Assembly (NCBI GenBank): GCA_043228905.1
Contig: JBHGNT010000060.1
Span: 1 to 64,000 of the forward strand
Length of the DNA stretch: 64,000 nt
DNA from: Azolla caroliniana
Lineage: Eukaryota > Plantae > Polypodiophyta
Reading direction: 5' to 3'
The notes beneath the pieces were generated by a model. The model had not been told where the DNA came from and searched no databases. It saw only the letters and a program-made list of their open reading frames with translations. The position numbers and the translations under genes were made by a program. Within the stretch, counting starts at the first letter, position 1. Each line of letters opens with the position of its first letter. Below, one piece after another: positions 23,430 through 36,829 of this stretch.

Positions 23430-26400
23430 GAAATTAGCACATTTGAAGAGGTAGTGGAGAACAGCCCGTTAGGAAATAAAAATGTTCATACCTGGCTCGT
23501 GTGATATCGGATTTTTGTGTTCAAACATGCGTATTGAAGCTAACAACGCTACCTATGATATGGAATTAAAAAATGCAGATTTTGAAACTCAGGTCGAGAG
23601 ACATGAAGAAATTAGCACATTTGAAGAGGTAGTGGAGAACAGCCCGTTAGGAAATAAAAATGTTCATACCTGGCTCGTGTGATATCGGATTTTTGTGTTC
23701 AAACATGCGTATTGAAGCTAACAACGCTACCTATGATATGGAATTAAAAAATGCAGATTTTGAAACTCAGGTCGAGAGACATGAAGAAATTAGCACATTT
23801 GAGGAGGTAGTGGAGAACAGCCCGTTAGGAAATAAAAATGTTCATACCTGGCTCGTGTGATATCGGATTTTTGTGTTCAAACATGCGTATCGAAGCTAAC
23901 AACGCTAGCTATGCTATATAATTAAAAATCAAGATTTTGAAACTCAGGTCGAGAGACATGAAGAAATTAGCACATTTGAGGAGGTAGTGGAGAACAGCCC
24001 GTGAGTCAATTAAAATGTTCATACCTGGCTCGTGTGATATCGGATTTTTGTGTTCAAACATGCGTATCGAAGCTAACAACGCTACCTATGATATGGAATA
24101 AAAAAATCAAGATTTTGAAACTCAAGTCAAGAGACATGAAGAAATTTAGGACATTTGAGGAGGTAGTGGAGAACAGCCCGTGAGTCAATTAAAATGTTCA
24201 TACCTGGCTCGTGTGATATCGGATTTTTATGTTCAAACATGCGTATTGAAGATAACAACGCTAGCTATGCTATAGAATAAAAAAATCAAGATTTTGAAAC
24301 TCAGGTCGAGAGACATGAAGAAATTAGCACATTTGAGGAGGTAGTGGAGAACAGCCCGTTATGAAATAAAAATGTTCATACCTGGCTCGTGTGATATCGG
24401 ATTTTTGTGTTCAAACATGCGTATCGAAGCTAACAACGCTAGCTATGCTATAGAATTAAAAAATCCAGATTTTGAAACTCAGGTCGAGAGACATGAAGAA
24501 ATTAGCACATTTGAGGAGGGACTTGAGAAAAGCCCATGAGTCAATTAAAATGTTTATACCTGGCTCGTGTGATATCGGATTTTTGTGTTCAAAGATGCGT
24601 ATCGAATCTAAGAACGCTAGCTATGCTATAGAATTAAAAAATCAAGATTTTGAAACTCAGGTCGAGAGACATGAGGAAGTTAGCAAATTAGAGGAGGGAC
24701 TTGAAAAGAGGCCGTGAGTCAATTAAAATGTTCATACCAGGCTCTTGTGATATCGGATTTTTGTGTTCAAACATGCGTATCGAAGCTAACAACGCTAGTT
24801 ATGCTATAGAATTAAAAAATGAAGATTTTGAAACTGAGGTCGAGAGACATGAAGAAATTAGCACATTTGAGGAGGGACATGAGAAGAGCCCATGAGTCAA
24901 TTAAAATGTTCATACCTGGCTCGTGTGATATCGGACTTTTGTGTTCAAACATGCGTATCGAAGCTAACAACGCTACCTATGATATGGAATAAAAAAATCA
25001 AGATTTTGAAACTCAGGTCAAGAGACAGGAAGAAATTTAGGACATTTGAGGAGGTAGTGGAGAACAGCCCGTGAGTCAATTAAAATGTTCATACCTGGCT
25101 CGCGTGATATCGGATTTTTGTGTTCAAACATGCGTATCGAAGCTAACAACACTAGCTATGATATAGAATAAAAAAATCAAGATTTTGAAACACAGCTCGA
25201 GAGACATGAAGAAATTAGCACATTTGAGGAGGTAGTGGAGAACAGCCCGTGAGTCAATTAAAATGTTGATACCTGGCTCGTGTGATATCGGATTTTTGTG
25301 TTCAAACATGCGTATCGAAGCTAACAACGCTAGCTATGCTATAGAATTAAAAAATCCAGATTTTGAAACTCAGGTCGAGAGACATGAAGAAATTAGCACA
25401 TTTGAGGAGGGACTTGAGAAGAGCCCGTTACGAAATAGAAATGTTCATACCTGGCTCGTGTGATATCGGATTTTTGTGTTCAAACATGCGTATCGAAGCT
25501 AACAACGCTAGCTATGCTATAGAATAAAAAAATCAAGATTTTGAAACTCAGGTCGAGAGACATGAAGAAATTAGCACATTTGAGGAGGTAGTGGAGAACA
25601 ACCTGTTAGGAAATAAAAATGTTCATACCTGGCTCGTGTGATATCGGATTTTTGTGTTCAAACATGCGTATCGAAGCTAACAACGCTAGCTATGCTATAG
25701 AATTAAAAAATCCAGATTTTGAAACTCAGGTCGAGAGACATGAAGAAATTAGCACATTTGAGGAGGGACTTGAGAAAAGCCCATGAGTCAATTAAAATGT
25801 TTATACCTGGCTCGTGTGATATCGGATTTTTGTGTTCAAAGATGCGTATCGAATCTAAGAACGCTAGCTATGCTATAGAATTAAAAAATCAAGATTTTGA
25901 AACTCAGGTCGAGAGACATGAGGAAGTTAGCAAATTAGAGGAGGGACTTGAAAAGAGGCCGTGAGTCAATTAAAATGTTCATACCAGGCTCTTGTGATAT
26001 CGGATTTTTGTGTTCAAACATGCGTATCGAAGCTAACAACGCTAGTTATGCTATAGAATTAAAAAATGAAGATTTTGAAACTGAGGTCGAGAGACATGAA
26101 GAAATTAGCACATTTGAGGAGGGACATGAGAAGAGCCCATGAGTCAATTAAAATGTTCATACCTGGCTCGTGTGATATCGGACTTTTGTGTTCAAACATG
26201 CGTATCGAAGCTAACAACGCTACCTATGATATGGAATAAAAAAATCAAGATTTTGAAACTCAGGTCAAGAGACAGGAAGAAATTTAGGACATTTGAGGAG
26301 GTAGTGGAGAACAGCCCGTGAGTCAATTAAAATGTTCATACCTGGCTCGCGTGATATCGGATTTTTGTGTTCAAACATGCGTATCGAAGCTAACAACACT

Positions 26401-29400
26401 AGCTATGATATAGAATAAAAAAATCAAGATTTTGAAACACAGCTCGAGAGACATGAAGAAATTAGCACATTTGAGGAGGTAGTGGAGAACAGCCCGTGAG
26501 TCAATTAAAATGTTGATACCTGGCTCGTGTGATATCGGATTTTTGTGTTCAAACATGCGTATCGAAGCTAACAACGCTAGCTATGCTATAGAATTAAAAA
26601 ATCCAGATTTTGAAACTCAGGTCGAGAGACATGAAGAAATTAGCACATTTGAGGAGGGACTTGAGAAGAGCCCGTTACGAAATAGAAATGTTCATACCTG
26701 GCTCGTGTGATATCGGATTTTTGTGTTCAAACATGCGTATCGAAGCTAACAACGCTAGCTATGCTATAGAATAAAAAAATCAAGATTTTGAAACTCAGGT
26801 CGAGAGACATGAAGAAATTAGCACATTTGAGGAGGTAGTGGAGAACAACCTGTTAGGAAATAAAAATGTTCATACCTGGCTCGTGTGATATCGGATTTTT
26901 GTGTTCAAACATGCGTATCGAAGCTAAGAACGCTAGCTATGCTATAGAATTAAAAAATCAAGATTTTGAAACTCAGGTCGAGAGACATGAAGAAATTAGC
27001 ACATTTGAGGAGGGACTTGAGAAGAGCCCATGAGTCAATTAAATTGTTCATACCTGGCTCCTGTGATATCGGATTTTTGTGTTCAAACATGCGTATCGAA
27101 GCTAACAACGCTAGCTATGCTATAGAATTAAAAAATCAAGATTTTGAAACTCAGGTCGAGAGACATGAGGAAGTTAGCAAATTAGAGGAGGGACTTGAAA
27201 AGAGGCCGTGAGTCAATTAAAATGTTCATACCTGGCTCGTGTGATATCGGATTTTTGTGTTCAAACATGCGTATCGAAGCTAACAACGCTAGTTATGCTA
27301 TAGAATTAAAAAATGAAGATTTTGAAACTCAGGTCGAGAGACATGAAGAAATTAGCACATTTGAGGAGGTAGTGGAGAACAGCCCGTGAGTCAATTAAAA
27401 TGTTCATACCTGGCTCGCGTGATATCGGATTTTTGTGTTCAAACATGCGTATCGAAGCTAACAACACTAGCTATGATATAGAATAAAAAAATCAAGATTT
27501 TGAAACACAGCTCGAGAGACATGAAGAAATTAGCACATTTGAGGAGGTAGTGGAGAACAGCCCGTGAGTCAATTAAAATGTTCATACCTGGCTCGTGTGA
27601 TATCGGATTTTTGTGTTCAAACATGCGTATCGAAGCTAACAACGCTAGCTATGCTATAGAATAAAAAAATCAAGATTTTGAAACTCAGGTCAAGAGACAT
27701 GAAGAAATTAGCACATTTGAGGAGGTAGTGGAGAACAGCCCGTTACGAAATAAAAATGTTCATACCTGGCTCGTGTGATATCGGATTTTTGTGTTCAAAC
27801 ATGCGTATCGAAGCTAACAACGCTAGCTATGCTATAGAATTAAAAAATCCAGATTTTGAAACTCAGGTCAAGAGACATGAAGAAATTTAGGACATTTGAG
27901 GAGGTAGTGGAGAACAGCCCGTGAGTCAATTAAAATGTTCATACCTGGCTCGCGTGATATCGGATTTTTGTGTTCAAACATGCGTATCGAAGCTAACAAC
28001 ACTAGCTATGATATAGAATAAAAAAATCAAGATTTTGAAACTCAGGTCGAGAGACATGAAGAAATTAGCACATTTGAGGAGGTAGTGGAGAACAGCCCGT
28101 TAGGAAATAAAAATGTTCATACCTGGCTCGTGTGATATCGGATTTTTGTGTTCAAAGATCCGTATCGAATCTAAGAACGCTTGCTATGCTATAGAATTAA
28201 AAAATCCAGATTTTGAAACTCAGGTCGAGAGACATGAAGAAATTAGCACATTTGAGGAGGGACTTGAGAAGAGCCCATGAGTCAATTAAAATGTTCATAC
28301 CTGGCTCGTGTGATATCGGATTTTTGTGTTCAAACATGCGTATCGAAGCTAACAACGCTAGTTATGCTATAGAATTAAAAAATCAAGATTTTGAAACTCA
28401 GGTCGAGAGACATGAGGAACTTAGCAAATTAGAGGAGGGACTTGAAAAGAGGCCGTGAGTCAATTAAAATGTTCATACCAGGCTCGTGTGATATCGGATT
28501 TTTGTGTTCAAACATGCGTATCGAAGCTAACAACGCTAGTTATGCTATAGAATTAAAAAATGAAGATTTTGAAACTCAGGTCGAGAGACATGAAGAAATT
28601 AGCACATTTGAGGAGGTAGTGGAGAACAGCCCGTGAGTCAATTAAAATGTTCATACCTGGCTCGTGTGATATCGGACTTTTGTGTTCAAACATGCGTATC
28701 GAAGCTAACAACGCTACCTATGATATGGAATAAAAAAATCAAGATTTTGAAACTCAGGTCAAGAGACAGGAAGAAATTTAGGACATTTGAGGAGGTAGTG
28801 GAGAACAGCCCGTGAGTCAATTAAAATGTTCATACCTGGCTCGCGTGATATCGGATTTTTGTGTTCAAACATGCGTATCGAAGCTAACAACACTAGCTAT
28901 GATATAGAATAAAAAAATCAAGATTTTGAAACACAGCTCGAGAGACATGAAGAAATTAGCACATTTGAGGAGGTAGTGGAGAACAGCCCGTGAGTCAATT
29001 AAAATGTTCATACCTGGCTCGTGTGATATCGGATTTTTGTGTTCAAACATGCGTATCGAAGCTAACAACGCTAGCTATGCTATAGAATAAAAAAATCAAG
29101 ATTTTGAAACTCAGGTCGAGAGACATGAAGAAATTAGCACATTTGAGGAGGTAGTGGAGAACAGCCCGTTACGAAATAAAAATGTTCATACCTGGCTCGT
29201 GTGATATCGGATTTTTGTGTTCAAACATGCGTATCGAAGCTAACAACGCTACCTATGCTATAGAATTAAAAAATCAAGATTTCGAAACTCAGGTCGAGAG
29301 ACATGAGGAAGTTAGCAAATTAGAGGAGGGACTTGAAAAGAGGCCGTGAGTCAATTAAAATGTTCATACCAGGCTCGTGTGATATCGGATTTTTGTGTTC

Positions 29401-30875
29401 AAACATGCGTATCGAAGCTAACAACGCTAGCTATGCTATAGAATTAAAAAATCCAGATTTTGAAACTCAGGTCGAGAGACATGAAGAAATTGGCACATTT
29501 GAGGAGGGACTTGAGAAGAGCCCATGAGTCAATTAAAATGTTCATACCTGGCTCGTGTGATATCGGATTTTTGTGTTCAAAGATGCGTATCGAATCTAAG
29601 AACGCTAGCTATGCTATAGAATTAAAAAATCCAGATTTTGAAACTCAGGTCGAGAGACATGAAGAAATTAGCACATTTGAAGAGGTAGTGGAGAACAGCC
29701 CGTTAGGAAATAAAAATGTTCATACCTGGCTCGTGTGATATCGGATTTTTGTGTTCAAACATGCGTATTGAAGCTAACAACGCTACCTATGATATGGAAT
29801 TAAAAAATGCAGATTTTGAAACTCAGGTCGAGAGACATGAAGAAATTAGCACATTTGAAGAGGTAGTGGAGAACAGCCCGTTAGGAAATAAAAATGTTCA
29901 TACCTGGCTCGTGTGATATCGGATTTTTGTGTTCAAACATGCGTATTGAAGCTAACAACGCTACCTATGATATGGAATTAAAAAATGCAGATTTTGAAAC
30001 TCAGGTCGAGAGACATGAAGAAATTAGCACATTTGAGGAGGTAGTGGAGAACAGCCCGTTAGGAAATAAAAATGTTCATACCTGGCTCGTGTGATATCGG
30101 ATTTTTGTGTTCAAACATGCGTATCGAAGCTAACAACGCTAGCTATGCTATATAATTAAAAATCAAGATTTTGAAACTCAGGTCGAGAGACATGAAGAAA
30201 TTAGCACATTTGAGGAGGTAGTGGAGAACAGCCCGTGAGTCAATTAAAATGTTCATACCTGGCTCGTGTGATATCGGATTTTTGTGTTCAAACATGCGTA
30301 TCGAAGCTAACAACGCTACCTATGATATGGAATAAAAAAATCAAGATTTTGAAACTCAAGTCAAGAGACATGAAGAAATTTAGGACATTTGAGGAGGTAG
30401 TGGAGAACAGCCCGTGAGTCAATTAAAATGTTCATACCTGGCTCGTGTGATATCGGATTTTTATGTTCAAACATGCGTATTGAAGATAACAACGCTAGCT
30501 ATGCTATAGAATAAAAAAATCAAGATTTTGAAACTCAGGTCGAGAGACATGAAGAAATTAGCACATTTGAGGAGGTAGTGGAGAACAGCCCGTTATGAAA
30601 TAAAAATGTTCATACCTGGCTCGTGTGATATCGGATTTTTGTGTTCAAACATGCGTATCGAAGCTAACAACGCTAGCTATGCTATAGAATTAAAAAATCC
30701 AGATTTTGAAACTCAGGTCGAGAGACATGAAGAAATTAGCACATTTGAGGAGGGACTTGAGAAAAGCCCATGAGTCAATTAAAATGTTTATACCTGGCTC
30801 GTGTGATATCGGATTTTTGTGTTCAAAGATGCGTATCGAATCTAAGAACGCTAGCTATGCTATAGAATTAAAAAA
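23430..30875. repeat. Dispersed duplication of a ~7-monomer block (~23430-24640 and ~29665-30875), offset 6234 bp (35 monomers)
   Basis: ORF pairs 23482/29716, 23660/29894, 24001/30235 and 24472/30706 are all offset by 6234. Shared rare variants include CTATATAATT, GTTATGAAAT, GAGAAAAGCC and ATGTTTATAC. Confidence 0.88.
24363..26926. repeat. Tandem 7-mer HOR (period 1247 bp), two near-identical copies; looser 1247-bp periodicity continues to ~28800
   Basis: ORF pairs 24472/25719, 24701/25948, 24892/26139 and 25263/26510 are offset by 1247. Private variants include ACTGAGG, ATGTTGATAC and ACAACCTG. Related ORFs at 26966/28213 and 27195/28442 keep the 1247 spacing. Confidence 0.9.
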
Positions 30876-33800
30876 TCCAGATTTTGAAACTCAGGTCGAG
30901 AGACATGAAGAAATTAGCACATTTGAAGAGGTAGTGGAGAACAACCCGTTTGGAAATAAAAATGTTCATACCTGGCTCGTGTGATATCGGATTTTTGTGT
31001 TCAAACATGCGTATTGAAGCTAACAACGCTACCTATGATATGGAATTAAAAAATGCAGATTTTGAAACTCAGGTCGAGAGACATGAAGAAATTAGCACAT
31101 TTGAGGAGGTAGTGGAGAAAAACCCGTTAGGAAATAAAAATGTTCATACCTGGCTCGTGTGATATCGGATTTTTGTGTTCAAACATGCGTATCGAAGCTA
31201 AGAACGCTAGCTATGCTATAGAATTAAAAAATCAAGATTTTGAAACTCAGGTCGAGAGACATGAAGAAATTAGCACATTTGAGGAGGGACTTGAGAAGAG
31301 CCCATGAGTCAATTAAATTGTTCATACCTGGCTCCTGTGATATCGGATTTTTGTGTTCAAACATGCGTATCGAAGCTAACAACGCTAGCTATGCTATAGA
31401 ATTAAAAAATCAAGATTTTGAAACTCAGGTCGAGAGACATGAGGAAGTTAGCAAATTAGAGGAGGGACTTGAAAAGAGGCCGTGAGTCAATTAAAATGTT
31501 CATACCTGGCTCGTGTGATATCGGATTTTTGTGTTCAAACATGCGTATCGAAGCTAACAACACTAGCTATGATATAGAATAAAAAAATCAAGATTTTGAA
31601 ACACAGCTCGAGAGACATGAAGAAATTAGCACATTTGAGGAGGTAGTGGAGAACAGCCCGTGAGTCAATTAAAATGTTCATACCTGGCTCGTGTGATATC
31701 GGATTTTTGTGTTCAAACATGCGTATCGAAGCTAACAACGCTACCTATGATATGGAATAAAAAAATCAAGATTTTGAAACTTAGGTCAAGAGACATGAAG
31801 AAATTTAGGACATTTGAGGAGGTAGTGGAGAACAGCCCGTGAGTCAATTAAAATGTTTATACCTAGCTCGCGTGATATCGGATTTTTGTGTTCAAACATG
31901 CGTATCGAAGCTAACAACACTAGCTATGATATAGAATAAAAAAATCAAGATTTTGAAACTCAGGTCGAGAGACATGAAGAAATTAGCACATTTGAGGAGG
32001 TAGTGGAGAACAGCCCGTTAGGAAATAAAAATGTTCATACCTGGCTCGTGTGATATCGGTTTTTTGTGTTCAAACATGCGTATTGAAGCTAACAACGCTA
32101 GCTATGCTATAGACTTAAAAAATCGAGATTTTGAAACTCAGGTCGAGAGACATGAGGAAGTTAGCAAATTAGAGGAGGGACTTGAAAAGAGGCCGTGAGT
32201 CAATTAAAATATTCATACCACGCTCGTGTGATATCGGATTTTTGTGTTCAAACATGCGTATCGAAGCTAACAACGCTAGCTATGCTATAGAATAAAAAAA
32301 TCCAGATTTTGAAACTCAGGTCGAGAGACATGAAGAAATTAGCACATTTGAAGAGGTAGTGGAGAACAGCCCGTTAGGAAATTAAAATGTTCATACCTGG
32401 CTCGTGTGATATCGGACTTTTGTGTTCAAACATGCGTATCGAAGCTAACAACGCTACCTATGATATGGAATAAAAAAATCAAGATTTTGAAACTCAAGTC
32501 AAGAGACAGGAAGAAATTTAGGACATTTGAGGAGGTAGTGGAGAACAGCCCGTGAGTCAATTAAACATGCGTATACCTGGCTCGCGTGATATCGGATTTT
32601 TGTGTTCAAACATGCGTATCGAAGCTAACAACACTAGCTATGATATAGAATAAAAAAATCAAGATTTTGAAACACAGCTCGAGAGACATGAAGAAATTAG
32701 CACATTTGAGGAGGTAGTGGAGAACAGCCCGTGAGTCAATTAAAATGTTCATACCTGGCTCGTGTGATATCGGATTTTTGTGTTCAAACATGCGTATCGA
32801 AGCTAACAACGCTAGCTATGCTATAGAATTAAAAAATCCAGATTTTGAAACTCAGGTCGAGAGACATGAAGAAATTAGCACATTTGAGGAGGGACTTGAG
32901 AAGAGCCCGTTACGAAATAGAAATGTTCATACCTGGCTCGTGTGATATCGGATTTTTGTGTTCAAACATGCGTATCGAAGCTAACAACGCTAGCTATGCT
33001 ATAGAATTAAAAAATCCAGATTTTGAAACTCAGGTCGAGAGACATGAAGAAATTAGCACATTTGAGGAGGGACTTGAGAAGAGCCCATGAGTCAATTAAA
33101 ATGTTCATACCTGGCTCGTGTGATATCGGATTTTTGTGTTCAAAGATGCGTATCGAATCTAAGAACGCTAGCTATGCTATAGAATTAAAAAATCCAGATT
33201 TTGAAACTCAGGTCGAGAGACATGAAGAAATTAGCACATTTGAAGAGGTAGTGGAGAACAGCCCGTTAGGAAATAAAAATGTTCATACCTGGCTCGTGTG
33301 ATATCGGATTTTTGTGTTCAAACATGCGTATTGAAGGTAACAACGCTACCTATGATATGGAATTAAAAAATGCAGATTTTGAAACTCAGGTCAAGAGACA
33401 GGAAGAAATTTAGGACATTTGAGGAGGTAGTGGAGAACAGCCCGTGAGTCAATTAAAATGTTCAAACCTGGCTCGCGTGATATCGGATTTTTGTGTTCAA
33501 ACATGCGTATCGAAGCTAACAACACTAGCTATGATATAGAATAAAAAAATCAAGATTTTGAAACACAGCTCGAGAGACATGAAGAAATTAGCACATTTGA
33601 GGAGGTAGTGGAGAACAGCCCGTGAGTCAATTAAAATGTTCATACCTGGCTCGTGTGATATCGGACTTTTGTGTTCAAACATGCGTATCGAAGCTAACAA
33701 CGCTACCTATGATATGGAATAAAAAAATCAAGATTTTGAAACTCAGGTCGAGAGACATGAAGAAATTTAGGACATTTGAGGAGGTAGTGGAGAACAGCCC

Positions 33801-36800
33801 GTGAGTCAATTAAAATGTTCATACCTGGCTCGCGTGATATCGGATTTTTGTGTTCAAACATGCGTATCGAAGCTAACAACACTAGCTATGATATAGAATA
33901 AAAAAATCAAGATTTTGAAACACAGCTCGAGAGACATGAAGAAATTAGCACATTTGAGGAGGTAGTGGAGAACAGCCCGTGAGTCAATTAAAATGTTCAT
34001 ACCTGGCTCGTGTGATATCGGATTTTTGTGTTCAAACATGCGTATCGAAGCTAACAACGCTACCTATGATATGGAATAAAAAAATCAAGATTTTGAAACT
34101 CAGGTCAAGAGACATGAAGAAATTTAGGACATTTGAGGAGGTAGTGGAGAACAGCCCGTGAGTCAATTAAAATGTTCATACCTGGCTCGCGTGATATCGG
34201 ATTTTTGTGTTCAAACATGCGTATCGAAGCTAACAACGCTAGCTATGCTATAGAATTAAAAATCAAGATTTTGAAACTCAGCTCGAGAGACATGAGGAAG
34301 TTAGCAAATTAGAGGAGGGACTTGAAAAGAGGCCGTGAGTCAATTAAAATGTTCATACCTGGCTCGTGTGATATCGGATTTTTGTGTTCAAACATGCGTA
34401 TCAAAGCTAACAACGCTAGCTATGCTATAGAATTAAAAAATCCAGATTTTGAAACTCAGGTCGAGAGACATGAAGAAATTAGCACATTTGAGGAGGTAGT
34501 GGAGAACAGCCCGTGAGTCAATTAAAATGTTCATACCTGGCTCGTGTGATATCGGATTTTTGTGTTCAAACATGCGTATCGAAGCTAACAACACTAGCTA
34601 TGATATAGAATAAAAAAATCAAGATTTTGAAACACAGCTCGAGAGACATGAAGAATTTAGGACATTTGAGGAGGTAGTGGAGAACAGCCCGTGAGTCAAT
34701 TAAAATGTTCATACCTGGCTCGCGTGATATCGGATTTTTGTGTTCAAACATGCGTATCGAAGCTAACAACGCTAGCTATGCTATAGAATTAAAAATCAAG
34801 ATTTTGAAACTCAGGTCAAGAGACATGAAGAAATTAGCACATTTGAGGAGGTAGTGGAGAACAACCCGTTAGGAAATAAAAATCTTCTTACCTGGCTCGT
34901 GTGATATCGGATTTTTGTGTTCAAACATGCGTATCGAAGCTAACAACGCTAGCTATGCTATAGAATTAAAAAATCAAGATTTTGAAACTCAGGTCGAGAG
35001 ACATGAGGAAGTTAGCAAATTAGAGGAGGGACTTGAAACGAGGCCGTGAGTCAATTAAAATGTTCATACCTGGCTCGTGTGATATCGGATTTTTGTGTTC
35101 AAACATGCGTATCGAAGCTAGCAACGCTAGTTATGCTATAGAAGTAAAAAATCAAGATTTTGAAACTCAGGTCGAGCGACATGAAGAAATTAGCACATTT
35201 GAGGAGGTAGTGGAGAACAGCCCGTGAGGCAATTAAAATGTTCATACCTGGCTCGTGTGACATCGGATTTTTATGTTCAAACATGCGTATTGAAGCTAAC
35301 AACGCTAGCTATGCTATAGAATAAAAAAATCAAGATTTTGAAACTCAGGTCGAGAGACATGAAGAAATTAGCACATTTGAGGAGGGACATGAGAAGAGCC
35401 CATGAGTCAATTAAAATGTTCATACCTGGATCGTGTGATATCGGATTTTTGTGTTCAAACATGCGTATCGAAGCTAACAACGCTAGCTATGCTATAGAAT
35501 TAAAAAATCAAGATTTTGAAACTCAGGTCGAGAGACATGAAGAAATTAGCACATTTGAGGAGGTAGTGGAGAACAGCCCGTTAGGAAATAAAAATGTTCA
35601 TACCTGGCTCGTGTGATATCGGATTTTTGTGTTCAAACATGCGTATCGAAGCTAACAACGCTAGCTATGCTATAGAATTAAAAATCAAGATTTTGAAACT
35701 CAGGTCAAGAGACATGAAGAAATTAGCACATTTGAGGAGGGACTTGAGAAGAGCCCATGAGTCAATTAAAATGTTCATACCTGGCTCCTGTGATATCGGA
35801 TTTTTGTGTTCAAACATGCGTATCGAAGCTAACAACGCTAGCTATGCTATAGAATTAAAAAATCAAGATTTTGAAACTCAGGTCGAGAGACATGAGGAAG
35901 TTAGCAAATTAGAGGAGGGACTTGAAAAGAGGCCGTGAGTCAATTAAAATGTTCATACCAGGCTCTTGTGATATCGGATTTTTGTGTTCAAACATGCGTA
36001 TCGAAGCTAACAACGCTAGTTATGCTATAGAATTAAAAAATGAAGATTTTGAAACTCAGGTCGAGAGACATGAAGAAATTAGCACATTTGAGGAGGTAGT
36101 GGAGAACAGGCCGTGAGTCAATTAAAATGTTCATACCAGGCTCGTGTGATATCGAATTTTTGTGTTCAAACATGCGTATCGAAGCTAACAACGCTAGTTA
36201 TGCTATAGAATTAAAAAATGAAGATTTTGAAACTCAGGTCGAGAGACATGAAGAAATTAGCACATTTGAGGAGGTAGTGGAGAACAGCCCGTGAGTCAAT
36301 TAAAATGTTCATACCTGGCTCGTGTGATATCGGATTTTTGTGTTCAAACATGCGTATCGAAGCTAACAACGCTACCTATGATATGGAATAAAAAATTCAA
36401 GATTTTGAAACTCAGGTCAAGAGACAGGAAGAAATTTAGGACATTTGAGGAGGTAGTGGAGAACAGCCCGTGAGTCAATTAAAATGTTCATACCTGGCTC
36501 GCGTGATATCGGATTTTTGTGTACAAACATGCGTATCGAAGCTAACAACACTAGCTATGATATAGAATAAAAAAATCAAGATTTTGAAACACAGCTCGAG
36601 AGACATGAAGAAATTAGCACATTTGAGGAGGTAGTGGAGAACAGCCCGTGAGTCAATTAAAATGTTCATACCTGGCTCGTGTGATATCGGATTTTTGTGT
36701 TCAGATTTCGAAGCTAACAACGCTACCTATGATATGGAATAAAAAAATCAAGATTTTGAAACTCAGGTCGAGAGACATGAAGAAATTAGCACATTTGAGG

Positions 36801-36829
36801 AGGTAGTGGAGAACAGCCCGTTAGGAAAT

